Positions 54,679 through 64,000 of a stretch of 64,000 bases of DNA are shown piece after piece (the first letter of the stretch is position 1; the number at the start of each line of letters is the position of its first letter). The translations under genes and the position numbers were made by a program. Source of the DNA: a virus (lineage: Duplodnaviria; Caudoviricetes); the IMG/VR virus record IMGVR_UViG_3300033498_000048, positions 1 through 64,000 of that record; one strand, given 5' to 3'. The notes beneath the pieces were generated by a model. The model made no database searches. It was given only the letters and a program-made list of their open reading frames with translations, and was not told where the DNA came from.

Positions 54679-55398
54679 TTAATTCACTCGATTCCATAAG
54701 TAAATTTCAGCATTTTTAAAAGAATTGTCTTTGTGTGGAGTCCAATCAACACTTGAAAAATCTTTGGTTGGATTGTCAGCTATGATTCGTTCAAATTCTA
54801 ATTCCCCAGCAACACGATTAGCGTAACTAACGGCATTATCTATAGTAAAATCAATTCCAAATTTTTTGCCCCTTTGTACTAAGTATGCAATAGCTTCACC
54901 AACAAGAACATCATTGTTATCTGATTCATTCTCTTTGATATGATATAAATCAATAGCCCGTTTAGCACATTCGACATACTTACGGACTTTCCCAGTTCCA
55001 ATAAAATCATACTGAATCCATTTAGTGTAATCTGGACTAGGTAAACTGACGTGTTTATCAAGGTATTCTGATAATTTAGTATTATCCAATGATTTTAAAA
55101 CACTAATAGCTTCACCAACAACATTTGTATTGTGTTCTTGAATTGCTGCGTTATAATTTACAACACACTCAATTTCTTTTTCAATTTCAATGATTTGGTC
55201 GTCAGTGATACTAGCTAAATTGAAGACTTCGTAATATTCAGCATCGCTAGTTATACCCCAATCACAAAGGTCTGGAAACTGAATGTGGCACAAATCACGG
55301 TCATTTGATAAATAGAATCCACGAATAACCCATAGAATTGATGGGTGATTAAAAACTAAAAACTTTTGTACTTGTTTCATAAAAATATACTCCTTCAA
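54679..55398 (-). CDS. hypothetical protein (paralogue of 62413-63132)
   Basis: FNHPSILWVIRGFYLSN...LASITDDQI; both are 239 aa. Confidence 0.7.
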   Translation of the reverse strand: MKEYIFMKQVQKFLVFNHPSILWVIRGFYLSNDRDLCHIQFPDLCDWGITSDAEYYEVFNLASITDDQIIEIEKEIECVVNYNAAIQEHNTNVVGEAISVLKSLDNTKLSEYLDKHVSLPSPDYTKWIQYDFIGTGKVRKYVECAKRAIDLYHIKENESDNNDVLVGEAIAYLVQRGKKFGIDFTIDNAVSYANRVAGELEFERIIADNPTKDFSSVDWTPHKDNSFKNAEIYLWNRVN

Positions 55399-55694
55399 TC
55401 TAGTGGAACATTCAATCCAACTGATACAACTTCACAAGTATGAATGAACACATCTTCTTGTATGGTAGTTGGCTGTTTACACATCTTTAACATTTCAAAG
55501 TAAAACCAGTTCGAGATTGGTAAATGTCCACTTTGAAAGAATGGACCCAACAAGCGATTAACCGTTACATCGTTGATGAAATGTTTGTAACACAATTGTT
55601 TGAAAAGGTTATTTAACTCCGTATCATCTGATTGAAAACACAATCCATATCCGTGGACTTCATCTGGATAATGTATATACAATTTTGTTATCAT
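55395..55694 (-). CDS. hypothetical protein
   Basis: 99-aa ORF. Confidence 0.55.
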   Translation of the reverse strand: MITKLYIHYPDEVHGYGLCFQSDDTELNNLFKQLCYKHFINDVTVNRLLGPFFQSGHLPISNWFYFEMLKMCKQPTTIQEDVFIHTCEVVSVGLNVPLD

Positions 55695-55696
55695 TT

Positions 55697-56056
55697 TCAG
55701 TCCATAATAGTAATAGGTTGACCTTCTTTTCTAATGAGTTCCTTTTTATCAGATACAATATTATTGAAAATCTTATTTGTTTTAACTGTTAAATTGATAG
55801 AAATATAATCTAATGTATCGTGTAACAAATTAATAACCCTTAATACACTATTAACTTCATAATCGAAACATTGAATATCAACCCCACCTCCAATTACCCA
55901 TGTTTCAACTACTCCAATTTTTCTTAAGACACTTCTTAAATTTTCAGCAGCTAAGTACGAATTGTTGATATTTGTATTCTTAAACTCAACAGGAATAAAT
56001 TTTCTTGGAATCCTATATCCTAATTCAACTAACTGTTTGTGTTCTAAATGTCTCAA
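55697..56056 (-). CDS. hypothetical protein
   Basis: 119-aa ORF. Confidence 0.55.
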   Translation of the reverse strand: MRHLEHKQLVELGYRIPRKFIPVEFKNTNINNSYLAAENLRSVLRKIGVVETWVIGGGVDIQCFDYEVNSVLRVINLLHDTLDYISINLTVKTNKIFNNIVSDKKELIRKEGQPITIMD

Positions 56057-56102
56057 CTTATTAACTAAGAAATTATAACATTCAGTATCATAATCATATG
56101 GT

Positions 56103-56306
56103 TCATTGTATTGAAGAAGTTAAAGTTCTAACCACACAAATCTTATCAACTAAACTAGATAAAATTTGTATTAAAGCAACTTTATCTTCTTCCACTGAAC
56201 CATATCTGTAATAAAACCTTTTATATACAGATATTAACCTTTTCTTATTCTGAGTTTTACAAGCTCTAATTAATAGCTGCTCGATATTAGTTAATTTTGT
56301 TGTCAT
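56103..56306 (-). CDS. hypothetical protein
   Basis: 67-aa ORF. Confidence 0.45.
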   Translation of the reverse strand: MTTKLTNIEQLLIRACKTQNKKRLISVYKRFYYRYGSVEEDKVALIQILSSLVDKICVVRTLTSSIQ

Positions 56307-56541
56307 GTTTGTTACTTACCAAATTTGATTTAAAATCCTTAAAAGTTGCCAGTTTTACAGCATCGTTCCAATTGGAACCTGTATTGTCCGTCCGTATTTC
56401 AGTTACTTTGTAGATATGACCGTTCACATTAATACAATCAAAACATAGTTTGGTTCTCAATGTGATAATATCAAATTCATCAGTTTTTTAGAAAACCAAC
56501 ATACAACTGGTCTATCGAACCATCTTCTCATTTAACACCTA

Positions 56542-56991
56542 TTAAAATTCTGTTCCGTTTGAACTAATGTAATCAGCTTTTACGTCATTAACACTTTTTG
56601 CGTATATTGAATGTCGCCACTCGCTTCTGATTTTTTCAATTGATTTTGGTGTTGGTAATCTACCTACCAACACATACACACATCTAAATGTATGGTGGTA
56701 ATTCTTTTGGACTTCAGCATTTTCACCATGAGTAAGATGACCACTATATTCTTTCCACTTTAATGCCGTAGATTCAGAACTAAACGTTTTAATGATTGTG
56801 CGTTTATCACGCATATCTGTTGATTGTTCTATGCCATAAATTGCCATTTTTACTCCTAGAGAAATTGTGTAATCAAGTGTTACAGTGTTAATAATTATAT
56901 GAACCAAAATGCTAATGGAATATATACGAATCAAGCCATCGTAGTATCTCCAAAATATTGTTTCTAAGCTATGGAACATATTGTAACACAT
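56542..56991 (-). CDS. hypothetical protein
   Basis: Real start is probably the internal ATG (MAIYGIEQ). Confidence 0.5.
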   Translation of the reverse strand: MCYNMFHSLETIFWRYYDGLIRIYSISILVHIIINTVTLDYTISLGVKMAIYGIEQSTDMRDKRTIIKTFSSESTALKWKEYSGHLTHGENAEVQKNYHHTFRCVYVLVGRLPTPKSIEKIRSEWRHSIYAKSVNDVKADYISSNGTEF

Positions 56992-57027
56992 CTAAAAACA
57001 AAATGTACAACTTTTTTTAAAATGACG

Positions 57028-57286
57028 TATCAATGAGTTAGCATTTGGAGCTATTAGGTAATTAGTAAACAGTTCCAAGTGCTAACTCATTGATAGTGTT
57101 ATCATTCATTGTCAATTATTAAGAATCAATGACTTAGCACTTACTGCGTGTTACTAATTACCTAATAGCCCCAAGTGCTAACCTGTTGATTTTATTATAA
57201 TATAATTTATGTTTGTAAACCAATGAGTTAGCACTTCGGCAGTGTTATGTTATTAATACCTATTATAAGTGCTAACCTATTGATAA
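57028..57286. repeat. palindromic element cluster (3 units)
   Basis: Left arms at 57038, 57134, 57228. Confidence 0.9.
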
Positions 57287-57295
57287 TGTTAGTTA

Positions 57296-57997
57296 TCAGA
57301 GTGTAATATGTTTCACCAAAGAAATTCTATATTTTTTTATAACATTGTCTAAAAATTGTAAAAAGGGTTTATCTAATTCACTGTTGGGGTCTGCTATCAC
57401 AACAACAGCATCTGGATTAACATCTCCCAATAATTTGGAAATGGTAGCCCACCAACCTTTATATTCTGATACTACTCGTTTTGCTTTAAAGATGTTGGTT
57501 CCGATATTGTTAGTTGCCACCAACACATCACGGTGTTTGTAATACAAGTCTTCAAAGTGGAAAAAACCATGATAATCTTGTTTCCTAGAACACACGAGTG
57601 AAAACTTAACAAATGGAGCTTTATTTTGTACCAATTTTATAATTTTGTTTTCATAATCATCTTTAAACTCTAACCTAGGTGGAAATAGTATAACAACATT
57701 AAACGCATTTTGCATTTTCTTTTCGAGTTCGGCATTGTCTTTTAATGTAGCCAACCTATCATTTTCAATTTGTTTCAGTTCCAAATTACGCTTATCGGTT
57801 TCTTGTTTAAGTTTTAGTATTCTAACTGGGTCTATTGAATTTAACTTGTTTTGGACATCTGCTATCTCAGAATCAAGTTTTGAAATGTATTCCCTATCAA
57901 GGGTATCTGCATATTGTTCAATGCTTTTGGTACGATTTAATGAATCCAGTTTTAATTCAAGTGAATGTATATCTCGTTGGAGTGATGTAAAACCCAT
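57296..57997 (-). CDS. coiled-coil hypothetical protein
   Basis: 233-aa ORF behind promoter 58030-58058. Confidence 0.7.
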   Translation of the reverse strand: MGFTSLQRDIHSLELKLDSLNRTKSIEQYADTLDREYISKLDSEIADVQNKLNSIDPVRILKLKQETDKRNLELKQIENDRLATLKDNAELEKKMQNAFNVVILFPPRLEFKDDYENKIIKLVQNKAPFVKFSLVCSRKQDYHGFFHFEDLYYKHRDVLVATNNIGTNIFKAKRVVSEYKGWWATISKLLGDVNPDAVVVIADPNSELDKPFLQFLDNVIKKYRISLVKHITL

Positions 57998-58029
57998 TTT
58001 AGTATTCCTGTAGTTATATTGTTATTGTA

Positions 58030-58058
58030 ATTGTATTTAACATAAACCGTGAAGTCAA
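58030..58058 (-). promoter_or_regulatory. sigma70-like early promoter
   Basis: TTGACT-N17-TACAAT on the minus strand, divergent from CATAAATA (58063-58070) on the plus strand. Confidence 0.65.
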
Positions 58059-58100
58059 TAGGCATAAATAATTCAATTAAACTTATTTTAAGGATATACT

Positions 58101-61100
58101 ATGCTACATGAAAATAGCTTATATGTTGACAACATTGCATCTAGGAAAGAAATTTTAAAAAATAAAACTAAAGTGATGGACACATTGATGTTTAATTACT
58201 TCGGGTTTATAGCATTACTTGCCACAAAGCCATCAGACTCAGGTATATTAAAAACATATAAGAATAAAGATAAGTCCGTTAGTTTGGACAAAATAGATTA
58301 TTCAAATAGCGACATTTGCATATCAATACTTTTAGCTATTGATTCTGGTATTATTGATGATTCCATTGCTGAAAAGATGTTGACATTGTTTTCAAAGCTG
58401 CGAAATGGAATCATCAATGCTGATAACTTTGATAATAATAGTTTAATAAACTTGTTAATAAAAACCAAGTATCAAGTTAATAAACCATCATCCGCAATAT
58501 TATCAATTGTGGATTCATATACTGGAAATGGTGATATTAATCAATTTGTATTAGACTTGGTTGAAGCAGCAAATAATTCCAAATATAAAGACTTAACGTC
58601 TGAATTTAGAGCTGTCACTAAACTTGTGTTTAAATATGACACACTACCAGATGATGTTTCAATGCCAACTAAAGCAATTGTTGCAAAGGGAACAATTGCT
58701 CGCGCCCAACAATTAGCAAGGGCGGAAGCAGGTGCTGAAAAGTATGAACAAGATACATTTAATAATAGTTTGAAAACTGCTTGGACAGAGGTTAAAGCAA
58801 ATAGTCCAGCTCAATTTGAAATATTCTACAAACTATCCAGCGTTAAAGAAATGGAAGAGTTTGTAACCACACATCCAATATTTGATATTGATAAGTTTGT
58901 GGTGTGGTTAAATGTTACTTACATTAAAAACCAATTTCCAGCTGAAAATACAAATGTTTTATATGATTATCTATTTGGATTATTCAAAACAGAAAGAAAA
59001 ACACATTTTGATGTTATTGGAAAACTATTAGTGGATAAAATATCTTATTATTCCCAATCAATGTCAGTTGATGATATAGTAAAAACATTCGGTGTATTTA
59101 AGCCATCTAATAATATATTGGATTCATCTATAACAAGTGCAATGGAATCAGTTGCAGATTTAGTTCTTGACCATTTAGTTCACAAGTATGAAACTATAAC
59201 TCCAGCCAACTTTAAAGAACTTAAAGATTATACTACAAATTGTATTCGTTTGTTGTCTAATTATGGAACATCCGTACATAGACGATTAGGTGATGTGATA
59301 GCCCAATTATTAAAATCTATGGGTACTAATCAGTCCAAGTCTAATGATAGTGCTAGGGCATTTTGTTCATTATATTCTACTGGTGTGATTTATATTGATG
59401 TCCAATCTAGTAAATACACAAGATATTTAATTGAATTTCTAAATAATTATTTTGAATACGATGTGTTACAATCACAGAAAAAGTTTAATGTGAGTATATA
59501 CGATAGCTTATATCAATTGATGTCACAAGACCAACGGGATTTAATCGACATTCTGAGAATGTCCATTTCATATAAAGTTGAGTTAGTTGTTGTTCCTGAA
59601 TATGTGAGGTTAAAGGATTTATTCGATGGGGTTATTGCTAATGAATCTACACTTGATAGCTTAGTAAAGAATTTAGCATCTTATAGGTTGAACGATAATG
59701 ATTATGCTAAGTTTGTTGAGAATAGTAGAAGATACATTGTGACTGGATATGATAAATTCATGGACATATACCCAACATTAATCAATTCTAATAACAATAA
59801 TCCAAATACAATTGGAATGGTTGTTAGATTGTACAAAGATTTATTCACATCACTAAAAGATAATCCAATACCAAGTACAACTAAATCAAAACGTGTTATA
59901 ACAGATATAATTGAGCGTATGGCGAATTTGTGTGAACATGAAAAAGATTACACCATATTAAATACAATATTTGATTCAGTAAACATATCTGATTTATATT
60001 CAATAGCTAGTTTATTGTCCGATGATACTAAGTACATATTTTATACATGGATTAATAATAAGGCAAATGTTGATATTGATTTCCAATCATCTATTGTTAA
60101 TGGAACACCAGATACTTTAAGTGGATTTGTAGATTCAATTATATACAACCCACAAAATACTTTTTTGATAGAATCATTAGATGTAGCAGTTAAGTTTGTC
60201 ACTATGTTTTTATCTGATAATCCGTACACATCTGATGGAATGTCTGAAATTCCAGACTATATGATTAGGTTATACAATAAACACCCAACATTAAGAGATG
60301 TAATATTAAATAAAATTCTTACAGATTCAACATACAAGTTACTTGAAGCTGCTATCAATATGTATAAAGAAAGTGTGTTTTCGTTATTGTTAAATGCTAA
60401 TGGAAAATTGATTCCAGATGATAAAACAACTAATTATATTGTGTCTTATATTAGAGCTAATATTTCAAACATACCAAGCCTTGAATATTTTAAGGGTTCA
60501 GATTATATATTAAATGTGATTAGTAATGAAATAAAATCACAAGTTATCACTAAAGTACAATTAGCTCCAGAAGAATCACTTGCATTACTATCAAGTCAAG
60601 CGTGTGATGTTGATTTATTAAATGATATACTCACAGACACTGATATTGTAAAATCTTACAAAGAATATATCACGACATCACCTGAAATATTTTCTACCAA
60701 TATGCACAAAATATTCAATAAAGTAATAACACATCCACATAATGTTAATATGAATACTGCGAATAACTTATTGAATGTGATTAAACATTTTGAATCAAAC
60801 AAATCACTATTGAAATCATCAGAAAGGAACTCACTTGTAAACTTATATTTTGAAATTGTGATTAACATATATTTAAAACAACCTGAGTCTGCTGATATTA
60901 TTTTTGATAAAGTTGGAACTAAAATGCAACAAAGTATGTTAGAGTACGTTGAACAATTTGCATTTGTAGAGTCAGCAATGAAGTCAATTACATCGGATTC
61001 TAATCCTATAAAACCTATGATTAAACTCGATAGAGATAAAATATGTAGTGTATTAGCTATTAACAGAATTAAACTTCCAGAAAACACCAAAGTTGAATAT

Positions 61101-62093
61101 ATAAAGGGAATGAAATTAACTGATATGTTAAAAAAAGGTGGAGTTCAACCAGAAAATAACATAATCACTGATTTACAATTAACCCCAAAAACAAAAACAA
61201 AAACGGAGTTAGAAGAACTATCAATCGAATACGATAAAAAGTTTAATAATAAAAATGAAAGTGGACAATATTCATATATGTTTATGGACGAATATGATGT
61301 GAGAATCCAACTGCAAGCTGATGGAATAAAAAAATTCATAGAAAACAATCCAGATACTGAGATTATGGACATAGCGTTCCACGGTACTGGAACACTAGCA
61401 GCTAGTATGATTTTACGTTATGGATTCAATGTTATTACAGAACAAATGGCAGAAGAATCTGGAGTAAAATTTGCAGGTAGAAGTTTGGGTGATGGTATTT
61501 ACTTTTCAGATGCGATTGATAAAGCTGGTTCTTACGCTTATGACAATGATGCCACAACCGATGGTTTAGGTGGATATATATTCATTATGAAAGCTGCTTT
61601 GGGACATAAAGGAAAACAATATCAAACATATAAAGGTTATAATAACGAGTGGTGTGTATTCTTTCCGAATGAACAATTGATGATTTATAAGGCATATAGG
61701 ATTAAAGCTGTTAATCCTGGAACATTTAGTAGAATTGTTGCGAAACACAAATTAAAAGAAAATTACACTGGCTTCACAACGTTTGCAAACTTCATAAACG
61801 AAGCTGAACTTATCCAATCAGATAACATCCAACAAAACGGTGATGCTATGGGAACTATAAAGCTAATTTTTATGGATGGTACATTGCCTTTAAATAATGA
61901 TGTTACAATTGACTCAACATCATTTAGAGTTGACGATGACAAAGCTTCAATAGTTAAAACAATGCGTGGAACAGAACTAACAATTAATGCGAATAATAAC
62001 GTGAATATATCACACAAAATTCCATTTACCAAAACCTTTATGGTTAGACATCCAGAATTATTAAAACTTGTATTGGGTGTAATTAAACAATAA
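58101..62093 (+). CDS. large protein with C-terminal PARP-like (H-Y-E) ADP-ribosyltransferase domain
   Basis: IAFHGTG..AASMILRYGF...GRSLGDGIYFSDAIDKAGSY...GYIFIMKAALG...NEWCVF matches the PARP catalytic signature; long helical N-terminus. Confidence 0.8.
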   Translation: MLHENSLYVDNIASRKEILKNKTKVMDTLMFNYFGFIALLATKPSDSGILKTYKNKDKSVSLDKIDYSNSDICISILLAIDSGIIDDSIAEKMLTLFSKLRNGIINADNFDNNSLINLLIKTKYQVNKPSSAILSIVDSYTGNGDINQFVLDLVEAANNSKYKDLTSEFRAVTKLVFKYDTLPDDVSMPTKAIVAKGTIARAQQLARAEAGAEKYEQDTFNNSLKTAWTEVKANSPAQFEIFYKLSSVKEMEEFVTTHPIFDIDKFVVWLNVTYIKNQFPAENTNVLYDYLFGLFKTERKTHFDVIGKLLVDKISYYSQSMSVDDIVKTFGVFKPSNNILDSSITSAMESVADLVLDHLVHKYETITPANFKELKDYTTNCIRLLSNYGTSVHRRLGDVIAQLLKSMGTNQSKSNDSARAFCSLYSTGVIYIDVQSSKYTRYLIEFLNNYFEYDVLQSQKKFNVSIYDSLYQLMSQDQRDLIDILRMSISYKVELVVVPEYVRLKDLFDGVIANESTLDSLVKNLASYRLNDNDYAKFVENSRRYIVTGYDKFMDIYPTLINSNNNNPNTIGMVVRLYKDLFTSLKDNPIPSTTKSKRVITDIIERMANLCEHEKDYTILNTIFDSVNISDLYSIASLLSDDTKYIFYTWINNKANVDIDFQSSIVNGTPDTLSGFVDSIIYNPQNTFLIESLDVAVKFVTMFLSDNPYTSDGMSEIPDYMIRLYNKHPTLRDVILNKILTDSTYKLLEAAINMYKESVFSLLLNANGKLIPDDKTTNYIVSYIRANISNIPSLEYFKGSDYILNVISNEIKSQVITKVQLAPEESLALLSSQACDVDLLNDILTDTDIVKSYKEYITTSPEIFSTNMHKIFNKVITHPHNVNMNTANNLLNVIKHFESNKSLLKSSERNSLVNLYFEIVINIYLKQPESADIIFDKVGTKMQQSMLEYVEQFAFVESAMKSITSDSNPIKPMIKLDRDKICSVLAINRIKLPENTKVEYIKGMKLTDMLKKGGVQPENNIITDLQLTPKTKTKTELEELSIEYDKKFNNKNESGQYSYMFMDEYDVRIQLQADGIKKFIENNPDTEIMDIAFHGTGTLAASMILRYGFNVITEQMAEESGVKFAGRSLGDGIYFSDAIDKAGSYAYDNDATTDGLGGYIFIMKAALGHKGKQYQTYKGYNNEWCVFFPNEQLMIYKAYRIKAVNPGTFSRIVAKHKLKENYTGFTTFANFINEAELIQSDNIQQNGDAMGTIKLIFMDGTLPLNNDVTIDSTSFRVDDDKASIVKTMRGTELTINANNNVNISHKIPFTKTFMVRHPELLKLVLGVIKQ

Positions 62094-62104
62094 GATGTTG
62101 TTTT

Positions 62105-62141
62105 ATAGCATCGTTCCGTTAGTTACTTGGAACGATGCTAT
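62105..62141. terminator. hairpin terminator between convergent genes
   Basis: 13-bp arms ATAGCATCGTTCC/GGAACGATGCTAT. Confidence 0.7.
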
Positions 62142-62149
62142 TGTGTTGT

Positions 62150-62416
62150 TTATCTGATTCCAACTTCACTAGGGAAGAATGCGTTATAGCGATTGAAAAA
62201 TGATTTAATCACATTTTTATTAGCATTAGTTATTTCAAATTTGACTGTTCCACCTAAAAATGTAATTGAAAGGTGATATAGTCCATCTTTAACAGAACAA
62301 TTGAGTATTAACTTAAACTCAGTTGGACGAACAATTGTAACTAAGTCGTTAGACATAAAATCAAATTCACCATTTTCGCCTAAAATATTTTGGAAATGTT
62401 TAAATAAGTCTTTCAT
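62150..62416 (-). CDS. hypothetical protein
   Basis: 88-aa ORF, 4-nt coupling. Confidence 0.6.
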   Translation of the reverse strand: MKDLFKHFQNILGENGEFDFMSNDLVTIVRPTEFKLILNCSVKDGLYHLSITFLGGTVKFEITNANKNVIKSFFNRYNAFFPSEVGIR

Positions 62417-63132
62417 TTTAACTCCAGCTTTGAACCAAAATAGTTGATTATTGAAATGTCTACTGATTCAAATGAATGTCCATGGTTGGTGTTCCATGTA
62501 ACGTCACTCAAATCAACTTCTGGGTTTAGTGTCATAATTCGATATAACTCTAGTTGAGCAGCACATTCATCAGCAAGACGAATTGCATTTCCAAAATTGA
62601 AATCTACTCCACAACGCTTACCTTTTGATATTAAATATGTAATAGCTTTACCAATTAAGATATTAACATCTTCATCTTCTTTCAACTTTTTGTGGTATGC
62701 CTCTAATGTAGCTTTAGCACAATCAACATATGTGCGAACCATTCCGACTTTCATTATGAACGCGGACTCATGACTAGTCCATTCTAAATAATCTGGACGT
62801 GGATATTCAACCTTTTCATCGAGTGACTTTGATAACAAACAATTGTTCAATCTTTTTAAAGTCTGAACAGCAACATCAATTGCAGTTTTATTTTCGGCTT
62901 GAATGTTTTTGTTGTTGAAGAAAACAAAATCAATCTCACATTCAATGTCAACGATTTGCTCATCTGTAATATTAGCTAACCTAGTAATCAAGTCAAATTT
63001 ATCTTTAGTGTCTATTCTATCTAATGTTACTTCGCCTGATAAGTTTGAATGGTGTAAAACACCGTTTGATAAATAGTAACCACGAATAACGTTCAAAATT
63101 AATGGATTAGTGAACTTTCTAAATTCTTTCAT
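62413..63132 (-). CDS. hypothetical protein (paralogue of 54679-55398)
   Basis: FTNPLILNVIRGYYLSN...LANITDEQI. Confidence 0.7.
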   Translation of the reverse strand: MKEFRKFTNPLILNVIRGYYLSNGVLHHSNLSGEVTLDRIDTKDKFDLITRLANITDEQIVDIECEIDFVFFNNKNIQAENKTAIDVAVQTLKRLNNCLLSKSLDEKVEYPRPDYLEWTSHESAFIMKVGMVRTYVDCAKATLEAYHKKLKEDEDVNILIGKAITYLISKGKRCGVDFNFGNAIRLADECAAQLELYRIMTLNPEVDLSDVTWNTNHGHSFESVDISIINYFGSKLELK

Positions 63133-63187
63133 ATTGTGTACCTGTTTGAGTGTTGATAAACTTGTATATTGTTGTTTCCAGGAACAT

Positions 63188-63457
63188 TTAATCTAAATAT
63201 AACAAGGTATCACAAAATGATATAAATGCGTCTATTTTATGCCAATCCATGCTATTCCTAGTGTTATAATCAGTCCTTTCTTCTTTTAACAAGGTTTTTG
63301 TTTCTTCTAACCACAATTCTCTGTTTTTAGGGTCTCTATCTTTAAGAATGCCCCTTAATGAACTCAATCTAGTATTCAAAAACATAGTTGGAGTATTATC
63401 AGTCAACGTTTGGACAACAGATTCACAAACATTTACCATTGTTCTATTAAAATTCAT
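63188..63457 (-). CDS. hypothetical protein
   Basis: 89-aa ORF. Confidence 0.6.
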   Translation of the reverse strand: MNFNRTMVNVCESVVQTLTDNTPTMFLNTRLSSLRGILKDRDPKNRELWLEETKTLLKEERTDYNTRNSMDWHKIDAFISFCDTLLYLD

Positions 63458-63521
63458 TATTCACCTTCCATTAATAATTAAGGGTTATCACATATCATAT
63501 CTAGTGTGAATTGTCGTACAA

Positions 63522-63950
63522 TCACAATAATTCGCTAAGGTACTTATAATTTGAGTATAATCCACAAAAGTTTGTTGGAATTGATTTTCCCTTAGCATCG
63601 TACAAAAATACATATTCTGTATCTTCAGTTAATGATGATAACGCAGTATTGTATGCGATTTTACCCATATCGTCTAGTTGTTTGTACCAAGCATCAAAAT
63701 TATCATTCTGTGTGAAAATTTGCCAATGTGGGTCACGTTCTAATGTTCCAGACTTTCTATGTTGATTTCTGAGTTTACCCATTTCATTTCTGAAATTAAT
63801 GAATATTAAGTGGTCAATCACATTTTTATCGGTACAATCTCTCAACCGTTTTGGTTCACTTCTACGGAACAGTTCAGTAGCAATCACTTTCCATGGTCTA
63901 TCATCGTTTACCTTAACTCCAAACAAGCCATATATAATTGAATTTCTCAT
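63522..63950 (-). CDS. hypothetical protein
   Basis: 142-aa ORF. Confidence 0.6.
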   Translation of the reverse strand: MRNSIIYGLFGVKVNDDRPWKVIATELFRRSEPKRLRDCTDKNVIDHLIFINFRNEMGKLRNQHRKSGTLERDPHWQIFTQNDNFDAWYKQLDDMGKIAYNTALSSLTEDTEYVFLYDAKGKSIPTNFCGLYSNYKYLSELL

Positions 63951-64000
63951 TTTGTCTATTTTCCATAATATTAAGTTTAAGCCATACTCAGTTTAACTTC

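Noticed and set aside
11213-57286. Calling the palindromes MITEs or IS ends
   Set aside because: No target-site duplications were evident and no transposase is in the window; mobility is unproven, so they are listed as repeats.
14794-61748. Many antisense or nested ORFs in the track (e.g. 14794-15288, 25567-25926, 28302-28751, 46965-47366, 60656-61090)
   Set aside because: Shadow frames of well-supported genes on the opposite strand, with no RBS or motif.
58101-62093. Calling the large ADP-ribosyltransferase T4 alt
   Set aside because: Catalytic motifs are H-Y-E (PARP-like), not the R-S-E type of Alt/Mod, and I see no N-terminal similarity.
1-64000. Stop-codon reassignment (TAG or TGA recoding), as in some jumbo phages
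   Set aside because: Long genes (1330, 623, 543 aa) are intact under the standard code, TAG terminates genes at natural ends (1688, 15409), and no suppressor tRNA (CTA/TCA) was found.

Overview
AT-rich 64-kb accessory region of a large lytic T4-like (jumbo myovirus-type) phage. Evidence: a Dda-like helicase, T4-type late promoters (TATAAATA), sigma70-like early promoters, T4 capsid-targeting-like leaders, and dense runs of small hypothetical ORFs mostly on the minus strand. It carries about 20 tRNA genes, several with non-canonical architecture. The main system is a Ro60/TROVE gene (27596-29014) surrounded by at least six Y-RNA-like genes that share a bipartite internal-loop motif. Three have a YrlA-type permuted tRNA module, two are short forms and one is a tRNA-Asp/Y-RNA chimera. 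A minimal copy of the same motif sits just upstream of the Ro60 ribosome-binding site, suggesting autoregulation. Also present: a second TROVE-like (DUF2828/vWA) protein; RNA-repair and counter-defence enzymes (HD-Pnk, cyclic-phosphate receiver domain, Pth2-like, 2H phosphoesterase/Acb1-like, NADAR); a 1330-aa protein with a PARP-like H-Y-E domain; two radical SAM enzymes; two glycosyltransferases; a DNA methyltransferase; and about 30 copies of a CIRCE-like palindrome (TTAGCACTT-N30-AAGTGCTAA), often arrayed at about 95-bp period. No rRNA, CRISPR array or transposase was seen. All family calls come from motifs read by eye; no database search or folding program was run.
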